From Candidatus Adlerbacteria bacterium (GTDB taxonomy: Bacteria > Patescibacteriota > Minisyncoccia > Phycocordibacterales > SBAW01): DNA of 64,000 bases. The translations under genes were made by a program, and so were the position numbers. Location: contig JBAXLB010000002.1 in assembly GCA_037135035.1 (NCBI GenBank), positions 4,993 through 68,992 of the forward strand, given 5' to 3'. Position 1 is the first letter of the stretch; each line of letters starts with the position of its first letter. The notes below the pieces were generated by a model. The model was given only the letters and a program-made list of their open reading frames with translations. It ran no database searches and had not been told where the DNA came from. Shown here piece after piece: positions 27,462 through 36,655 of the stretch.

Positions 27462-28214
27462 TTAGAATCGCCCGCCGTTTACGTCGACGACGGATCCTGT
27501 CATGTACGAAGACGCTGGGGAGAGCAAGAACATAATTGCCTCTGCCACTTCAGAGTCTTTTCCGAGGCGACGCAGAGGTATGGATAGTTCCATTCTCTCC
27601 ACCCACCGCTCGTCACCCAACGGCTGTTGTTCGGTTGCTATAACCCCCGCGCGCACTATGTTGGCCCGGATGCCTTTTTGTGCGTAGTCCTTGGCGACAG
27701 AGCGCGTGAACCCTTCGATACCGTTTGCAGCTGTCACATAGGCCGTGAGATGCTTGCCGCCGCTCACTGCCGCAGACGAAGAAACGCTCACGATAGCCCC
27801 GCCGAGAGACTTCGCCATTCTCTTCAAGGCTTCACGTGTGCAGTTGATGGTGCCCATAAGGTTGACGGCCAAAACCCGCGCAAAGGCAACTTCGCCCTGG
27901 TCGAGAAACGCTTTTCGGTCACCAGAGATGCCGGCATTATTAACAAGAGCCGTGACTGGCCCCAGTTCTCTGTCGATAGTTTTGAAGAGATCTTCGACCT
28001 GCCGTGCGTCGGCAATATCTGCCCGAACCGCAATAGCCCGGACGCCCAGCTTTTGTATATCGTCGAGCACAAGCTGTGCACGACCTGCGTTCAAGGGATT
28101 GCGGTAATTGATGCAGACATCGTACCTGCGGTGGGCAGCTGCCGAAGCAGTTGCAGCACCGATACCCCGCGAGCTGCCCGTCACTAACAAAACTTTTTGC
28201 ATGGGACTCCCCAA
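27462..28214 (-). CDS. SDR-family oxidoreductase (FabG-like)
   Basis: 250 aa. TGSSRGIGAATA Rossmann motif, NNAG, active-site S...Y...K spacing. Raised GC. Confidence 0.8.
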   Translation of the reverse strand: MGSPMQKVLLVTGSSRGIGAATASAAAHRRYDVCINYRNPLNAGRAQLVLDDIQKLGVRAIAVRADIADARQVEDLFKTIDRELGPVTALVNNAGISGDRKAFLDQGEVAFARVLAVNLMGTINCTREALKRMAKSLGGAIVSVSSSAAVSGGKHLTAYVTAANGIEGFTRSVAKDYAQKGIRANIVRAGVIATEQQPLGDERWVERMELSIPLRRLGKDSEVAEAIMFLLSPASSYMTGSVVDVNGGRF

Positions 28215-28347
28215 CGTTGGTGGACTTCTGCGCGTAACACTAATTTTTTACTGCCCACAAGTCAATGTAGACACCCTGGGCAATATCTTCCTTGTGGAGA
28301 TGTACAAAACCAAGTATAAAAAGAGCGGATAGACCCAGGAGGTACCG

Positions 28348-28932
28348 ATGCCCCACTTCGTAAAACGTCTTCTCGTTGGAATTGCTGTTCTATTTGCGGC
28401 TTTCCTTCTCTGGCCGTATTTCGCTCGAACCAACGCCCCGGCCCAAGAAGTGTTCGTTGACCAAGCGCCCCAGGTAGACGCACTGCCTGCTGCGTGGGTG
28501 CAAGAGCTGTTCGAGCACGCAACGCTGCGCGAGAGTAAACAAAAGGACGGCGCGTTTCTCAGCGTCTACAAGGTGGCCCCGTGGAGCACCTATTCGAAGA
28601 AACACACACTTCTTCGTTTTAACATTCGCCTCGTGGCCGACGACATTGTCTACACCTATACGCATGGCGTGGACTCCGCCAGAGACTCGCTGCTTTCGGT
28701 ACGGATAGAGCATCCAGGCGCAGGCATTTTTATGCTCATCTACGCCGACCACAAATCCCACAACACAATTAAGGTGGTCAGCGCAGCAGGCAACACGGCA
28801 CTACCGCTTCCTTTCGACAGAAGAAGTAGGTATAAAAACGAGCACAACGAATGGAAGGGCCGGCTTAACGCTGCACTACTTGCACTTGCAAGGACGGTGA
28901 ACAAACCGCCACCAAAGGGTACCTGGCAATAG
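28348..28932 (+). CDS. membrane-anchored hypothetical protein
   Basis: 194 aa. N-terminal TM helix. Raised GC. No family motif. Confidence 0.45.
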   Translation: MPHFVKRLLVGIAVLFAAFLLWPYFARTNAPAQEVFVDQAPQVDALPAAWVQELFEHATLRESKQKDGAFLSVYKVAPWSTYSKKHTLLRFNIRLVADDIVYTYTHGVDSARDSLLSVRIEHPGAGIFMLIYADHKSHNTIKVVSAAGNTALPLPFDRRSRYKNEHNEWKGRLNAALLALARTVNKPPPKGTWQ

Positions 28933-28995
28933 AAGCCGAAGCGCTCCGTAACTGGAGCGCTTTTTCTTTTCGATTCAGCAGAGTCACCTACTGGG

Positions 28996-29763
28996 TTACT
29001 TCGCCATGTTCCAGAGCATGTCGAAGAATTTTTTATAATCTTCCGCAACTGCTTTTGATTTGATGATATAGAGGAGTGCCGGGTTTGCAAAGCTGTAGAA
29101 TGTCACCGTGTCAAAACGTACGACGGTAGAAGCAACTGTTTTGGGCAAAGTGTCCAGTACGCGATATTCAAAATGAGAAAGCACTTTCTGTGCCCGTTTC
29201 ATATACGGGACATCCGCTGGAGCAGCGATAAATTTACTCTTGAGGCCTCTACTTTCGGCGATACGAGAATTTTCTTCATATCTCTCTCCAAAAAAGTCCA
29301 TGAACGCTTCGCAGTTACCGCCAATTATGTATTGCGTAAGGTTTTCAGGCAGGCTCTGAACAAAACGCTCCTCAAAATCAAGAATCTGCCGTGTGCCCCG
29401 AAATACTTCAAAGTCCTGTTCAGCACCAATTGCAGAAATGTGCGAAAGCTCGCGAGCAGCATGTTCGGCACTTTCGAGCCGCCGTTTTGCTAGGTGAGTA
29501 ATGTAATGAGGGGGAAGCGCTTTGTACTGGGTGCGTGCTCCGGAGGGAATTTCTTCAATTAATCCGAGCCCGAGCAGTTTTTGGACAGAATTGTGCACAT
29601 ATTGCCGATGAAGTTCCAACCTTCCGGCAATTTTCGACCCGCCAAACGGCTGCCCACGTTCCAGCAAGAAGATATACACCCGCGCATCATTGTCTGTAAG
29701 CCCGAACGGTTCAAGCAGCAATGCCAACTCTGCATTTTTCTCTGTCATATCCATATATGACAT
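28996..29763 (-). CDS. TrmB-family HTH transcriptional regulator (paralog 4)
   Basis: 255 aa. wHTH FGLTDNDARVYIFLLERGQPFGGSKIAGRLELHRQYVHNSVQKLLGLGL. Confidence 0.72.
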   Translation of the reverse strand: MSYMDMTEKNAELALLLEPFGLTDNDARVYIFLLERGQPFGGSKIAGRLELHRQYVHNSVQKLLGLGLIEEIPSGARTQYKALPPHYITHLAKRRLESAEHAARELSHISAIGAEQDFEVFRGTRQILDFEERFVQSLPENLTQYIIGGNCEAFMDFFGERYEENSRIAESRGLKSKFIAAPADVPYMKRAQKVLSHFEYRVLDTLPKTVASTVVRFDTVTFYSFANPALLYIIKSKAVAEDYKKFFDMLWNMAK

Positions 29764-29882
29764 ATTACTCTTTTCAGTATATAAATCAAGCTTTTTTTGC
29801 CTATATTTTTGTCATAGTATATATTGACTAATCGTTAGAAAAAGGGCATAATATGTACGTACATTTACATCGAGGAGGAAAA

Positions 29883-30428
29883 ATGGAAGACTCCGAAAAG
29901 CAGAGGCTCGCGGCGGCAATACTCGAGGCATTCATGAGCGCGGGCGCCACCATAGAAGAGCTGGAGGTGTTGGCAAAGCAGAAAAGGCTCGTAACTCATG
30001 AGCCCGACCTGTACGTTTTTAGCGGACTCTTGCCGAAAGAGCCCGTAGCCTATCCTCTCCACAAAAATGTGCTTGGTGTTATCCGTGGGGAGATGGTGGT
30101 GGGCGAACTCAAGCAATGGGAGGAGCTGCGCGACGAGTGTAAGCAACTCGCAAACCTAAACGAGCACCTTCGGAAGCAAGGGCTTCTGCGCCTCACGGTC
30201 GATGAGGTTTTTGCTTGGGAAGAAAAGGACCGCGAGTGGTGTCCGCCAGGGCACATGACCCGGATTCGGAGCCTTCTGACCAAAGCAGAAATCTCGAAGA
30301 TTGGAACGTTGGTTGTGAAGACTGAAGACGAACTCCAAAAGTTGGGGCTCGGCCAAAAAACTCGAAACACAATTAAGGAGTCTTTGGCCGGCATGGGGCT
30401 CCACCTCGGCATGAAACTCGAAGACTAG
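29883..30428 (+). CDS. hypothetical protein with RNA polymerase alpha-CTD-like helix-hairpin-helix domain
   Basis: 181 aa from the internal ATG. The C-terminal ~60 aa (ISKIGTLVVKTEDELQKLGLGQKTRNTIKESLAGMGLHLGMKL) resembles RpoA alpha-CTD. Raised GC. Confidence 0.45.
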   Translation: MEDSEKQRLAAAILEAFMSAGATIEELEVLAKQKRLVTHEPDLYVFSGLLPKEPVAYPLHKNVLGVIRGEMVVGELKQWEELRDECKQLANLNEHLRKQGLLRLTVDEVFAWEEKDREWCPPGHMTRIRSLLTKAEISKIGTLVVKTEDELQKLGLGQKTRNTIKESLAGMGLHLGMKLED

Positions 30429-30473
30429 TAGAGGCCTGGGCGAGGTTTTCGGACCTCGCCCTTTTTCTTTTAC

Positions 30474-31382
30474 TTATTTCCTGCCCGTGCCGTGGAATTT
30501 TTTGTGGACTTCGTGCAGGTGTTTGTCTGTCACGTGGGTGTAGACCTGTGTGGTTGCGATGTTCGCATGACCAAGGAGTGCTTGTACGGAACGCAAGTCG
30601 GCGCCGTTTTGGAGCAGGTCGGTTGCAAAGGAGTGGCGGATAACGTGCGGCGTAACTTTGCGCGTAATGCCCGCTTTTACCGAATATTTTTTAACGAGAC
30701 GTTCTACCGAGCGGGGAGTGAGCCGCAGCTCTTTGGCATTTTTTGAACCTTTGCCCATTTGTATAAAGAGCGCCTCGTCGACATCGCCACGTTTGTCTAA
30801 ATATTCTTTTATCGTGCGCTTGGCGGCAGGGGAGAGAAACACAACACGAATTTTTTCGCCTTTGCCACGGATAGAAAACTCGTCGCGCGTTAAGTCTAGG
30901 TCGCGGTTAAGCGAACATAGTTCCGACACACGCAACCCAGTGGAAAAAAATAATTCTAAAATCGCCCGGTCGCGCAACTCTGCAAGTCCCGAACCTTTCG
31001 GGCCCGCCATCAAACGCTCCAGCTCATCGGACGTAATAAGATCCAAGTCGCGACTACCAACTTTTGCCAGTTCAATGCGCTCTGGATTCAATGACTCTAT
31101 ATCGCGCTTGCGCAAAAACTTTAAAAACGCACGGAGCGAGATCATGTAGTAGTTTTGTGTTTTGTGCTTCATCGTACCCGCAGTACCTGCTTGGCGGTTA
31201 AGATGCAAGCGGAATTCGCGCACGGCGCTTTCGGTCAGCTTAGAAGGGGAGGTTATTTTACTGTGTGCTAAAAAACGCGAAAGGTACCGGTCGTAATTTT
31301 CGACCGTTTTAATACTCCGGCCTTTTTCAATTTCTAAATATTCTAAAAACTGAGTTTTGAGATCTTTCAAATCTGCCTTCAT
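30474..31382 (-). CDS. tyrosine site-specific recombinase XerC/XerD family
   Basis: 302 aa. C-terminal catalytic box HVIRHSFATDLLQNGADLRSVQALLGHANIATTQVYTHV with the R...HxxR...Y layout. N-terminal SAM-like domain. Confidence 0.88.
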   Translation of the reverse strand: MKADLKDLKTQFLEYLEIEKGRSIKTVENYDRYLSRFLAHSKITSPSKLTESAVREFRLHLNRQAGTAGTMKHKTQNYYMISLRAFLKFLRKRDIESLNPERIELAKVGSRDLDLITSDELERLMAGPKGSGLAELRDRAILELFFSTGLRVSELCSLNRDLDLTRDEFSIRGKGEKIRVVFLSPAAKRTIKEYLDKRGDVDEALFIQMGKGSKNAKELRLTPRSVERLVKKYSVKAGITRKVTPHVIRHSFATDLLQNGADLRSVQALLGHANIATTQVYTHVTDKHLHEVHKKFHGTGRK

Positions 31383-31434
31383 CTATACATTGTACCTTGC
31401 CTAAACGTCGCACAATAATAGGTGCAATTAAAAC

Positions 31435-34128
31435 GTGCGTGGTAGAATAGAAAATATGAAAGGTACTGAATTTTTAAAGAAAAAATATAACCTGCACAAT
31501 ACTCCAGAGGTCAAAGCCGCTGCCAGTCGAACAGACAAACGTACAGGCGAAAAAGTACCTCAAAAACCAGACGCGCAAATTCAAAACTATTTAGATCGGT
31601 TTACCGGCGTACTTGCACGCACAGATCCAAAAAAACGCGAACGCGGGCTCGAAGCCTTTAAAGATGTACTGCATAAAAAACTAGTTATACGAGGAGAGGA
31701 CGTCCCGGAAAACTATTTTGTACTCCAACAAAGAATTGCTCGCGAGAGGGGCCATGGAACCGTTGCAATTACACCCGCAGAACGGGCACACCATGTCGAA
31801 GTTATACGTAGAGATCAAATGCATTCTCTTGACCGATGGGTTACGTATTTGGCTTCAAATGATGCGCAGTACGAAGATTGGTTTAAATATTACATACTCC
31901 GCGGAGCTTCGGAGTTGAGCGAATATGATGCAGAAAAGAAAGATTTTGGAAAACGGTCAAAGGGAACCACAAAACCTTTTCCTGAGATTAACTCCGAGGC
32001 AGTAACATACATATACGACGCCGTGCTCGCAAACGGCGATAAAAACCCGGGCGAAGTGGTCGCCCCCGTCGACATACAACTTAAAGAAGCGGCTCGGAAT
32101 GGTGACTTTGCAAAAATATATGCTGCGGCAATTGAAAAAGCTGCGGCTAACTCGGCAGAATTATTTCCTGAAACAAAAGGGGAGTGGGTAAAATTTGATA
32201 AGGGTTCTGATCATACTCCACTTGTAAAGTCGCTTCAGAACCGCGGTACAGGGTGGTGCACTGCAGGGTTTGCAACGGCACAAACACAATTACAAGGAGG
32301 TGATTTTTATGTCTACTACTCACTCGATACAAAAGGAGAGCCAACTATTCCGCGAGTCGCAATTAGAATGGAGGGCACCCGTATTGCAGAAGTGCGTGGA
32401 GTAGCACCACAACAAAACTTGGACCAATACATTACCCCGGTCGTTAAACAGAAACTTCAAGGATTCCCCGATGGGCAGTTGTATGAGAAGAAGGTGGCAG
32501 ACATGGCAGAACTCACCACCATTGCGAAAAAAGAGCACTCAAAACAACCTCTTACAAAGGAAGAGCTTTCATTTCTCTATGAGAGAAATTCCAAGATAGA
32601 AGGGTTCGGACAGAACAGGGACCCTCGTATTGGAGAGATACGGAATAAACGTAATCGGGACACAGATTTAATGACAATATACGGTGTCGACGCTGCACAT
32701 ACCGCGGTGCATGCAGATGAAATACGTGAAGGCATAATACTTTTCACCGGAGATATGTATATCAATAAAGATACTCAATTCCCCGATTCTCTAAAATATG
32801 TTGCTGGAGACTTCCAAATAATTTTTGACGCTGCTGACATACCAGAGTCTCTGGCGCTCAAGCTTTTAAAGTTACAGCGCTCAGACATGGTAGTAGCACA
32901 ACTTGAAAAATTTGAACCGCTTTCTGCTGCGGCAGCTCGGGCACTATGCGAGGCTGGTCATACAAAACAGATAGCTGACAAAGCAGAGAGATTTATAGAA
33001 CTCGATACTGATACCGCTCTCGCGCTTATCGACAGTTCATTTCAAGGATTTCAAGTAAAAGAAATTATCTCAAAGGTGCCAGAAGCGGACCACGAAAAAA
33101 TTGCAACACACATGTTGGAGAAAAAATGGTATCAAAGTGTTGTTGGGAATTTAGAAAAATTCTCAAACACGGACAACCAAAAAGTTGCCGACGCGCTCAT
33201 TGCAGCGGGAGAGGAATGGACTCTCGCAAACTTCCTAAATAAATTTACCAACTTAAACGCAGCTACCGCGAAGAAACTTATCGAGGGCAGCACGGCGCAA
33301 CAAGCAGAATTTGTAGCAGAAAATCTTGCACATTTTGGCCAACTCGACAAAGAAACGGCCTTCGCGCTTGTAACACACACAGTAGGGGATAGACGTTCTT
33401 GGTTTTGTGGAAATGTTCTTGAACATTTAAATAAATTCGAACCACTTGACCACATGGAACTTGCGCGAACAATAACAAAAATCGGCCAAGGTCATTATTT
33501 GATCCCATACTTGTTCAAATTAAAAAATGTTGATCACCAAGAAGTTGCAAAGTTGCTTATCGAAGGCGGGGACGCACGCAGCGTTGCCCGCGACTTACAT
33601 GAATTTGGGGCGGTCAACCAGAAAGAAGTTGCTCGTGAAATTTTAAAAAGCAAAGAGCCGGGCGAACTCGCATATCACTTGGAGAATTTCACCGGCCTCG
33701 ATGCCCACATAGCTGAAGAACTTCATGACCTTAATGCCGACAGCTACATTCTAAACAATATGAAGAGTTTCGAACCAAAAGAACATGCAAAAATAGCACT
33801 CATGCTTATGCGTGATGAGAAAAAAATACGGGACGTCGCATGGCAAATAGACCAATTTGACTCATTAAATACTGAAGCAGCCGAAAAAATTATAGGCGCC
33901 GGCTATTCTAGCATCGTGGCAGATAATCTGGGGAAGTTTGGCAACCTTTCCCGTACGGTAGACAGAGAACTTGTGCGGATGGAGGACATGACGCGCGGTA
34001 TGTATTTCTCTCGCATAGGCAAACGAGTACTAAGAACACTAGGTGCGGAAGTGTCTTTGGGCCTACCCTCTAAACCAAAACAGCCGAGAGAAAGACGTTC
34101 TCCGCCAAGAAATAACACCCATATATAG
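31435..34128 (+). CDS. large repeat protein (about ten ~33-36-aa alpha-helical repeats, HEAT/ARM-like) of unknown function
   Basis: 897 aa. Recurring units of the form [LN]..L.KF..L....A..LI..G (for example NLEKFSNTDNQKVADALIAAGEE, HLENFTGLDAHIAEELHDLNADS). The N-terminal ~380 aa is non-repetitive. Confidence 0.6.
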   Translation: MRGRIENMKGTEFLKKKYNLHNTPEVKAAASRTDKRTGEKVPQKPDAQIQNYLDRFTGVLARTDPKKRERGLEAFKDVLHKKLVIRGEDVPENYFVLQQRIARERGHGTVAITPAERAHHVEVIRRDQMHSLDRWVTYLASNDAQYEDWFKYYILRGASELSEYDAEKKDFGKRSKGTTKPFPEINSEAVTYIYDAVLANGDKNPGEVVAPVDIQLKEAARNGDFAKIYAAAIEKAAANSAELFPETKGEWVKFDKGSDHTPLVKSLQNRGTGWCTAGFATAQTQLQGGDFYVYYSLDTKGEPTIPRVAIRMEGTRIAEVRGVAPQQNLDQYITPVVKQKLQGFPDGQLYEKKVADMAELTTIAKKEHSKQPLTKEELSFLYERNSKIEGFGQNRDPRIGEIRNKRNRDTDLMTIYGVDAAHTAVHADEIREGIILFTGDMYINKDTQFPDSLKYVAGDFQIIFDAADIPESLALKLLKLQRSDMVVAQLEKFEPLSAAAARALCEAGHTKQIADKAERFIELDTDTALALIDSSFQGFQVKEIISKVPEADHEKIATHMLEKKWYQSVVGNLEKFSNTDNQKVADALIAAGEEWTLANFLNKFTNLNAATAKKLIEGSTAQQAEFVAENLAHFGQLDKETAFALVTHTVGDRRSWFCGNVLEHLNKFEPLDHMELARTITKIGQGHYLIPYLFKLKNVDHQEVAKLLIEGGDARSVARDLHEFGAVNQKEVAREILKSKEPGELAYHLENFTGLDAHIAEELHDLNADSYILNNMKSFEPKEHAKIALMLMRDEKKIRDVAWQIDQFDSLNTEAAEKIIGAGYSSIVADNLGKFGNLSRTVDRELVRMEDMTRGMYFSRIGKRVLRTLGAEVSLGLPSKPKQPRERRSPPRNNTHI

Positions 34129-34249
34129 ACTTCTCTTGAGAGAGCTTGACAAAAATACAAAACATGTATAAATTTACATCGGCTTGATCTAACACAAAAG
34201 ACCCTCTACAGAGGTCTTAAACCCCTCCAAGCCAGTTAAGGAGCGTTTC

Positions 34250-34537
34250 ATGAAGAAGCTCTGGAATTGGACGGCCCTCTGGGTCGTCGCCACGCTACTA
34301 GCGTACGCGTACGTCGCAATGCTGGTGAGTATCCCGCTGTGGCTGGGTACCAACGACGAAGGAGCTGCAGCCGTTTTGCTGAGTTTCCTTGTCGTAGGCC
34401 TGCTCTTTGTGGCCTACCAAGCAATCCTCTGGATTGTCGACAGACGGTCCAAGAAGAACGACCTCGTTTCGCACGGGCCTCTACGGCTTCGAGCGCGTCG
34501 GCGGGGAGTTCTTCTCCTCAGAAATCATCGCCACTAG
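34250..34537 (+). CDS. small two-TM membrane protein in a GC-rich islet
   Basis: 95 aa. Perfect SD AAGGAG 6 nt before the ATG. Followed by a strong hairpin. Confidence 0.5.
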   Translation: MKKLWNWTALWVVATLLAYAYVAMLVSIPLWLGTNDEGAAAVLLSFLVVGLLFVAYQAILWIVDRRSKKNDLVSHGPLRLRARRRGVLLLRNHRH

Positions 34538-34566
34538 CAGCCCTGTCGTTGTGGTCGACAGGCAAC

Positions 34567-34609
34567 CCCGGCAGTCTTTCTTCCTCACAAGGGAAGCGAG
34601 ACTGCCGGG
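34567..34609 (+). terminator. long compound hairpin (CCCGGCAGTCT ... AGACTGCCGGG with inner CTTCC/GGAAG stem)
   Basis: Perfect 11-bp outer stem 30 nt after the stop of 34250..34537. Moderately T-rich tail. Upstream of rpsO. Confidence 0.55.
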
Positions 34610-34675
34610 TTCGTCATTTCTGGCCTTCTCTGCAGCCTCTTGCAAAAAACACGAGCCTGTGCTACCATATGGGCC

Positions 34676-34942
34676 ATGCTGACTACGAAGAAAAAGGCCA
34701 AAATAATCAAAGAAACAGGCATTCATGCAACTGACACCGGCTCTGCCGAGGTGCAAATTGCTGTGTTGAGCGAACGCATTGAAGAACTCGCCAACCATTT
34801 GAAAAAACACTTGAAAGACAAGCACTCACGCCGTGGCCTGTTGCAGATGGTTGCAGACCGTCGCACACATTTGAAGTATTTGGAAAACAGCGACAAAAAG
34901 CGCCACACCGCTATTGTCAAAAAGTTGGGTTTGAAGAAATAA
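34676..34942 (+). CDS. rpsO: 30S ribosomal protein S15
   Basis: 88 aa from the internal ATG. S15 signature ([35 protein letters not shown]...). Confidence 0.9.
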   Translation: [88 protein letters not shown]

Positions 34943-35057
34943 TCTTCTTCATTTTTTTACGCAGTAGGGCACCCGGGCTTCTTTTTTGTTCGTATACAAT
35001 AGAGTAAGGCATTTTATTTAGTAGGTTCGTATTTTTAAAAGTTAGTTCACCATTTTT

Positions 35058-35705
35058 ATGGCAATCATTAAACACAAAAGCCAGCGCGTCGGCATTTTTA
35101 TAGACACGCAAAACCTCTACCACAGCGCAAAAAACCTTTACAAAGCTAAAGTTAACTTCGGCAACGTCGTTAAGGAAGCCTTGGCCGGCCGCGTACTTGT
35201 ACGCGCAGTAGCGTATGTTATCCGCACCGAAAGCGAAGAAGAAAAAAGTTTTTTTGATGCGTTAAACAAACTCGGAATAGAGACAAAAGTAAAAGATATC
35301 AAGATATTTGCCGGCGGTGCTAAAAAGGCCGACTGGGACATGGGCATGGCTATCGACGCTATTGCGATGGCCGAAAAGCTCGACACTATTGTCCTGGGTA
35401 CCGGCGACGGCGACTTTGTCCCGCTGGTGGAATATCTACGTTACGCCCGCGGCTGCCAGGTGGAAGTTATTTCCTTCGGCAAGTCGTCTTCGGGCCAGTT
35501 GCGCGAGGTAACCGACGACTTTATCGACATGTGCGACAACCCACGCAATTATCTTATTAACTACAAGGGAGGTGGGGGAGGTCGCGGATTTTCAATCCCT
35601 GGCTTTGGCGGAGGAGCCAAACATGCACCTACACCTGTCGAAGACGAAGGAGTCGATGTCGGCCAAGAGGTCTACGACGACAGCGACATAGACGAAGATA
35701 AATAA
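35058..35705 (+). CDS. NYN-domain (LabA-like) protein, paralog 3, with C-terminal Gly-rich/acidic tail
   Basis: 215 aa. IFIDTQNLYHS and GTGDGDF motifs. Tail NYKGGGGGRGFSIPGFGGG...DDSDIDEDK. Confidence 0.7.
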   Translation: MAIIKHKSQRVGIFIDTQNLYHSAKNLYKAKVNFGNVVKEALAGRVLVRAVAYVIRTESEEEKSFFDALNKLGIETKVKDIKIFAGGAKKADWDMGMAIDAIAMAEKLDTIVLGTGDGDFVPLVEYLRYARGCQVEVISFGKSSSGQLREVTDDFIDMCDNPRNYLINYKGGGGGRGFSIPGFGGGAKHAPTPVEDEGVDVGQEVYDDSDIDEDK

Positions 35706-35720
35706 AATTATAAAAAAAGA

Positions 35721-35760
35721 AAAACGCCGTGGCTCGGGAACCCGAACTGCGGCGTTTTGT
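35721..35760 (+). terminator. intrinsic terminator after the NYN paralog 3
   Basis: AACGCCG...CGGCGTT stem followed by TTTGTTGTT. Confidence 0.65.
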
Positions 35761-36063
35761 TGTTGGCGATCAGAATCAGGCTTCGGCCCAAGGCGGCTCG
35801 CCGCCCAGACATTCAGTCCATTGCTCACCACGTCCCGTGTTGACGTAGCATGGGACGTATCGGTCGAAAAGATCGACGAGGAAAAAGAAGCCCCGCACCG
35901 GCAACCACAATATCTTGACCATGACGCCTCCGCCTGTAAACGCCGGGGAAATCCCTTCGGCTGACAATCTCACCATAACCATATCTTTGAAGAGGGTAGA
36001 CGTCAATATAAATAGAAACGCCGTCCCCTTGGTAGAGGACGGCGGTAACGATGTTGATGCAGC

Positions 36064-36552
36064 TCAGCGTTTCTTCTGTGCTGCCCGGAATTCTTCTTCC
36101 GTGGCGTTGGCGAGGATGTCCCGCACCAACCTGCTGTAGACCCACGGCATTACCGCCAAGCGCAGCAGCCTCGGGAGCAGCGATATCAAGATGAACCCAC
36201 CGAACGCAAGGCTTAGAGCAGCCTTCGCTCGGTCATCCATCACCTCGGCCACCTTCTGGGTCCCCCAGGCAATGCTTTTGGCAAGTGGCTTGGCAAGTGG
36301 AGCCAAGAACCCACCCAACTGGCTCACCTGCTGGCGGACGGGCTCGGGAACGGTTAGGTTCCAAAGCAAGTCCAAGAAATAGTGGGTCAGCCAGGCCGAG
36401 ACCGGCTTGACGACACTCACTACTGCCAGAATGACTTTCGGGCAGTACTGCACCATCATGCCGAATGCCAAGAAGGCAATTGGCAGGAGGGCCCAGTAAA
36501 GCACGAGCTTGGTCAGCTCATACTTATAGAGCGGTAGGCGCTTAATTTTCAT
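36064..36552 (-). CDS. multi-TM membrane protein in a GC-rich island
   Basis: 162 aa. SD AAGGGGA. Several hydrophobic helices. Higher GC than the flanks. Ambiguous overlapping frames downstream (35776..36145) were not called. Confidence 0.5.
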   Translation of the reverse strand: MKIKRLPLYKYELTKLVLYWALLPIAFLAFGMMVQYCPKVILAVVSVVKPVSAWLTHYFLDLLWNLTVPEPVRQQVSQLGGFLAPLAKPLAKSIAWGTQKVAEVMDDRAKAALSLAFGGFILISLLPRLLRLAVMPWVYSRLVRDILANATEEEFRAAQKKR

Positions 36553-36655
36553 CTTTTCCCCTTTTTCAAAGGCTTTTGGGGCTAATTCCCCTAGGCTGAC
36601 TCCTACCTTCTATTATACCGCATATCAACATATTTGTCAAGTAATAGGCGGGAGG

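Noticed and set aside
35776-36145. Three mutually overlapping ORFs (two on the minus strand, one on the plus strand) in the GC-rich island downstream of 36064
   Set aside because: None has an ATG start with a convincing SD (one would start at TTG). They cannot all be real. Left uncalled as a possible decayed gene.
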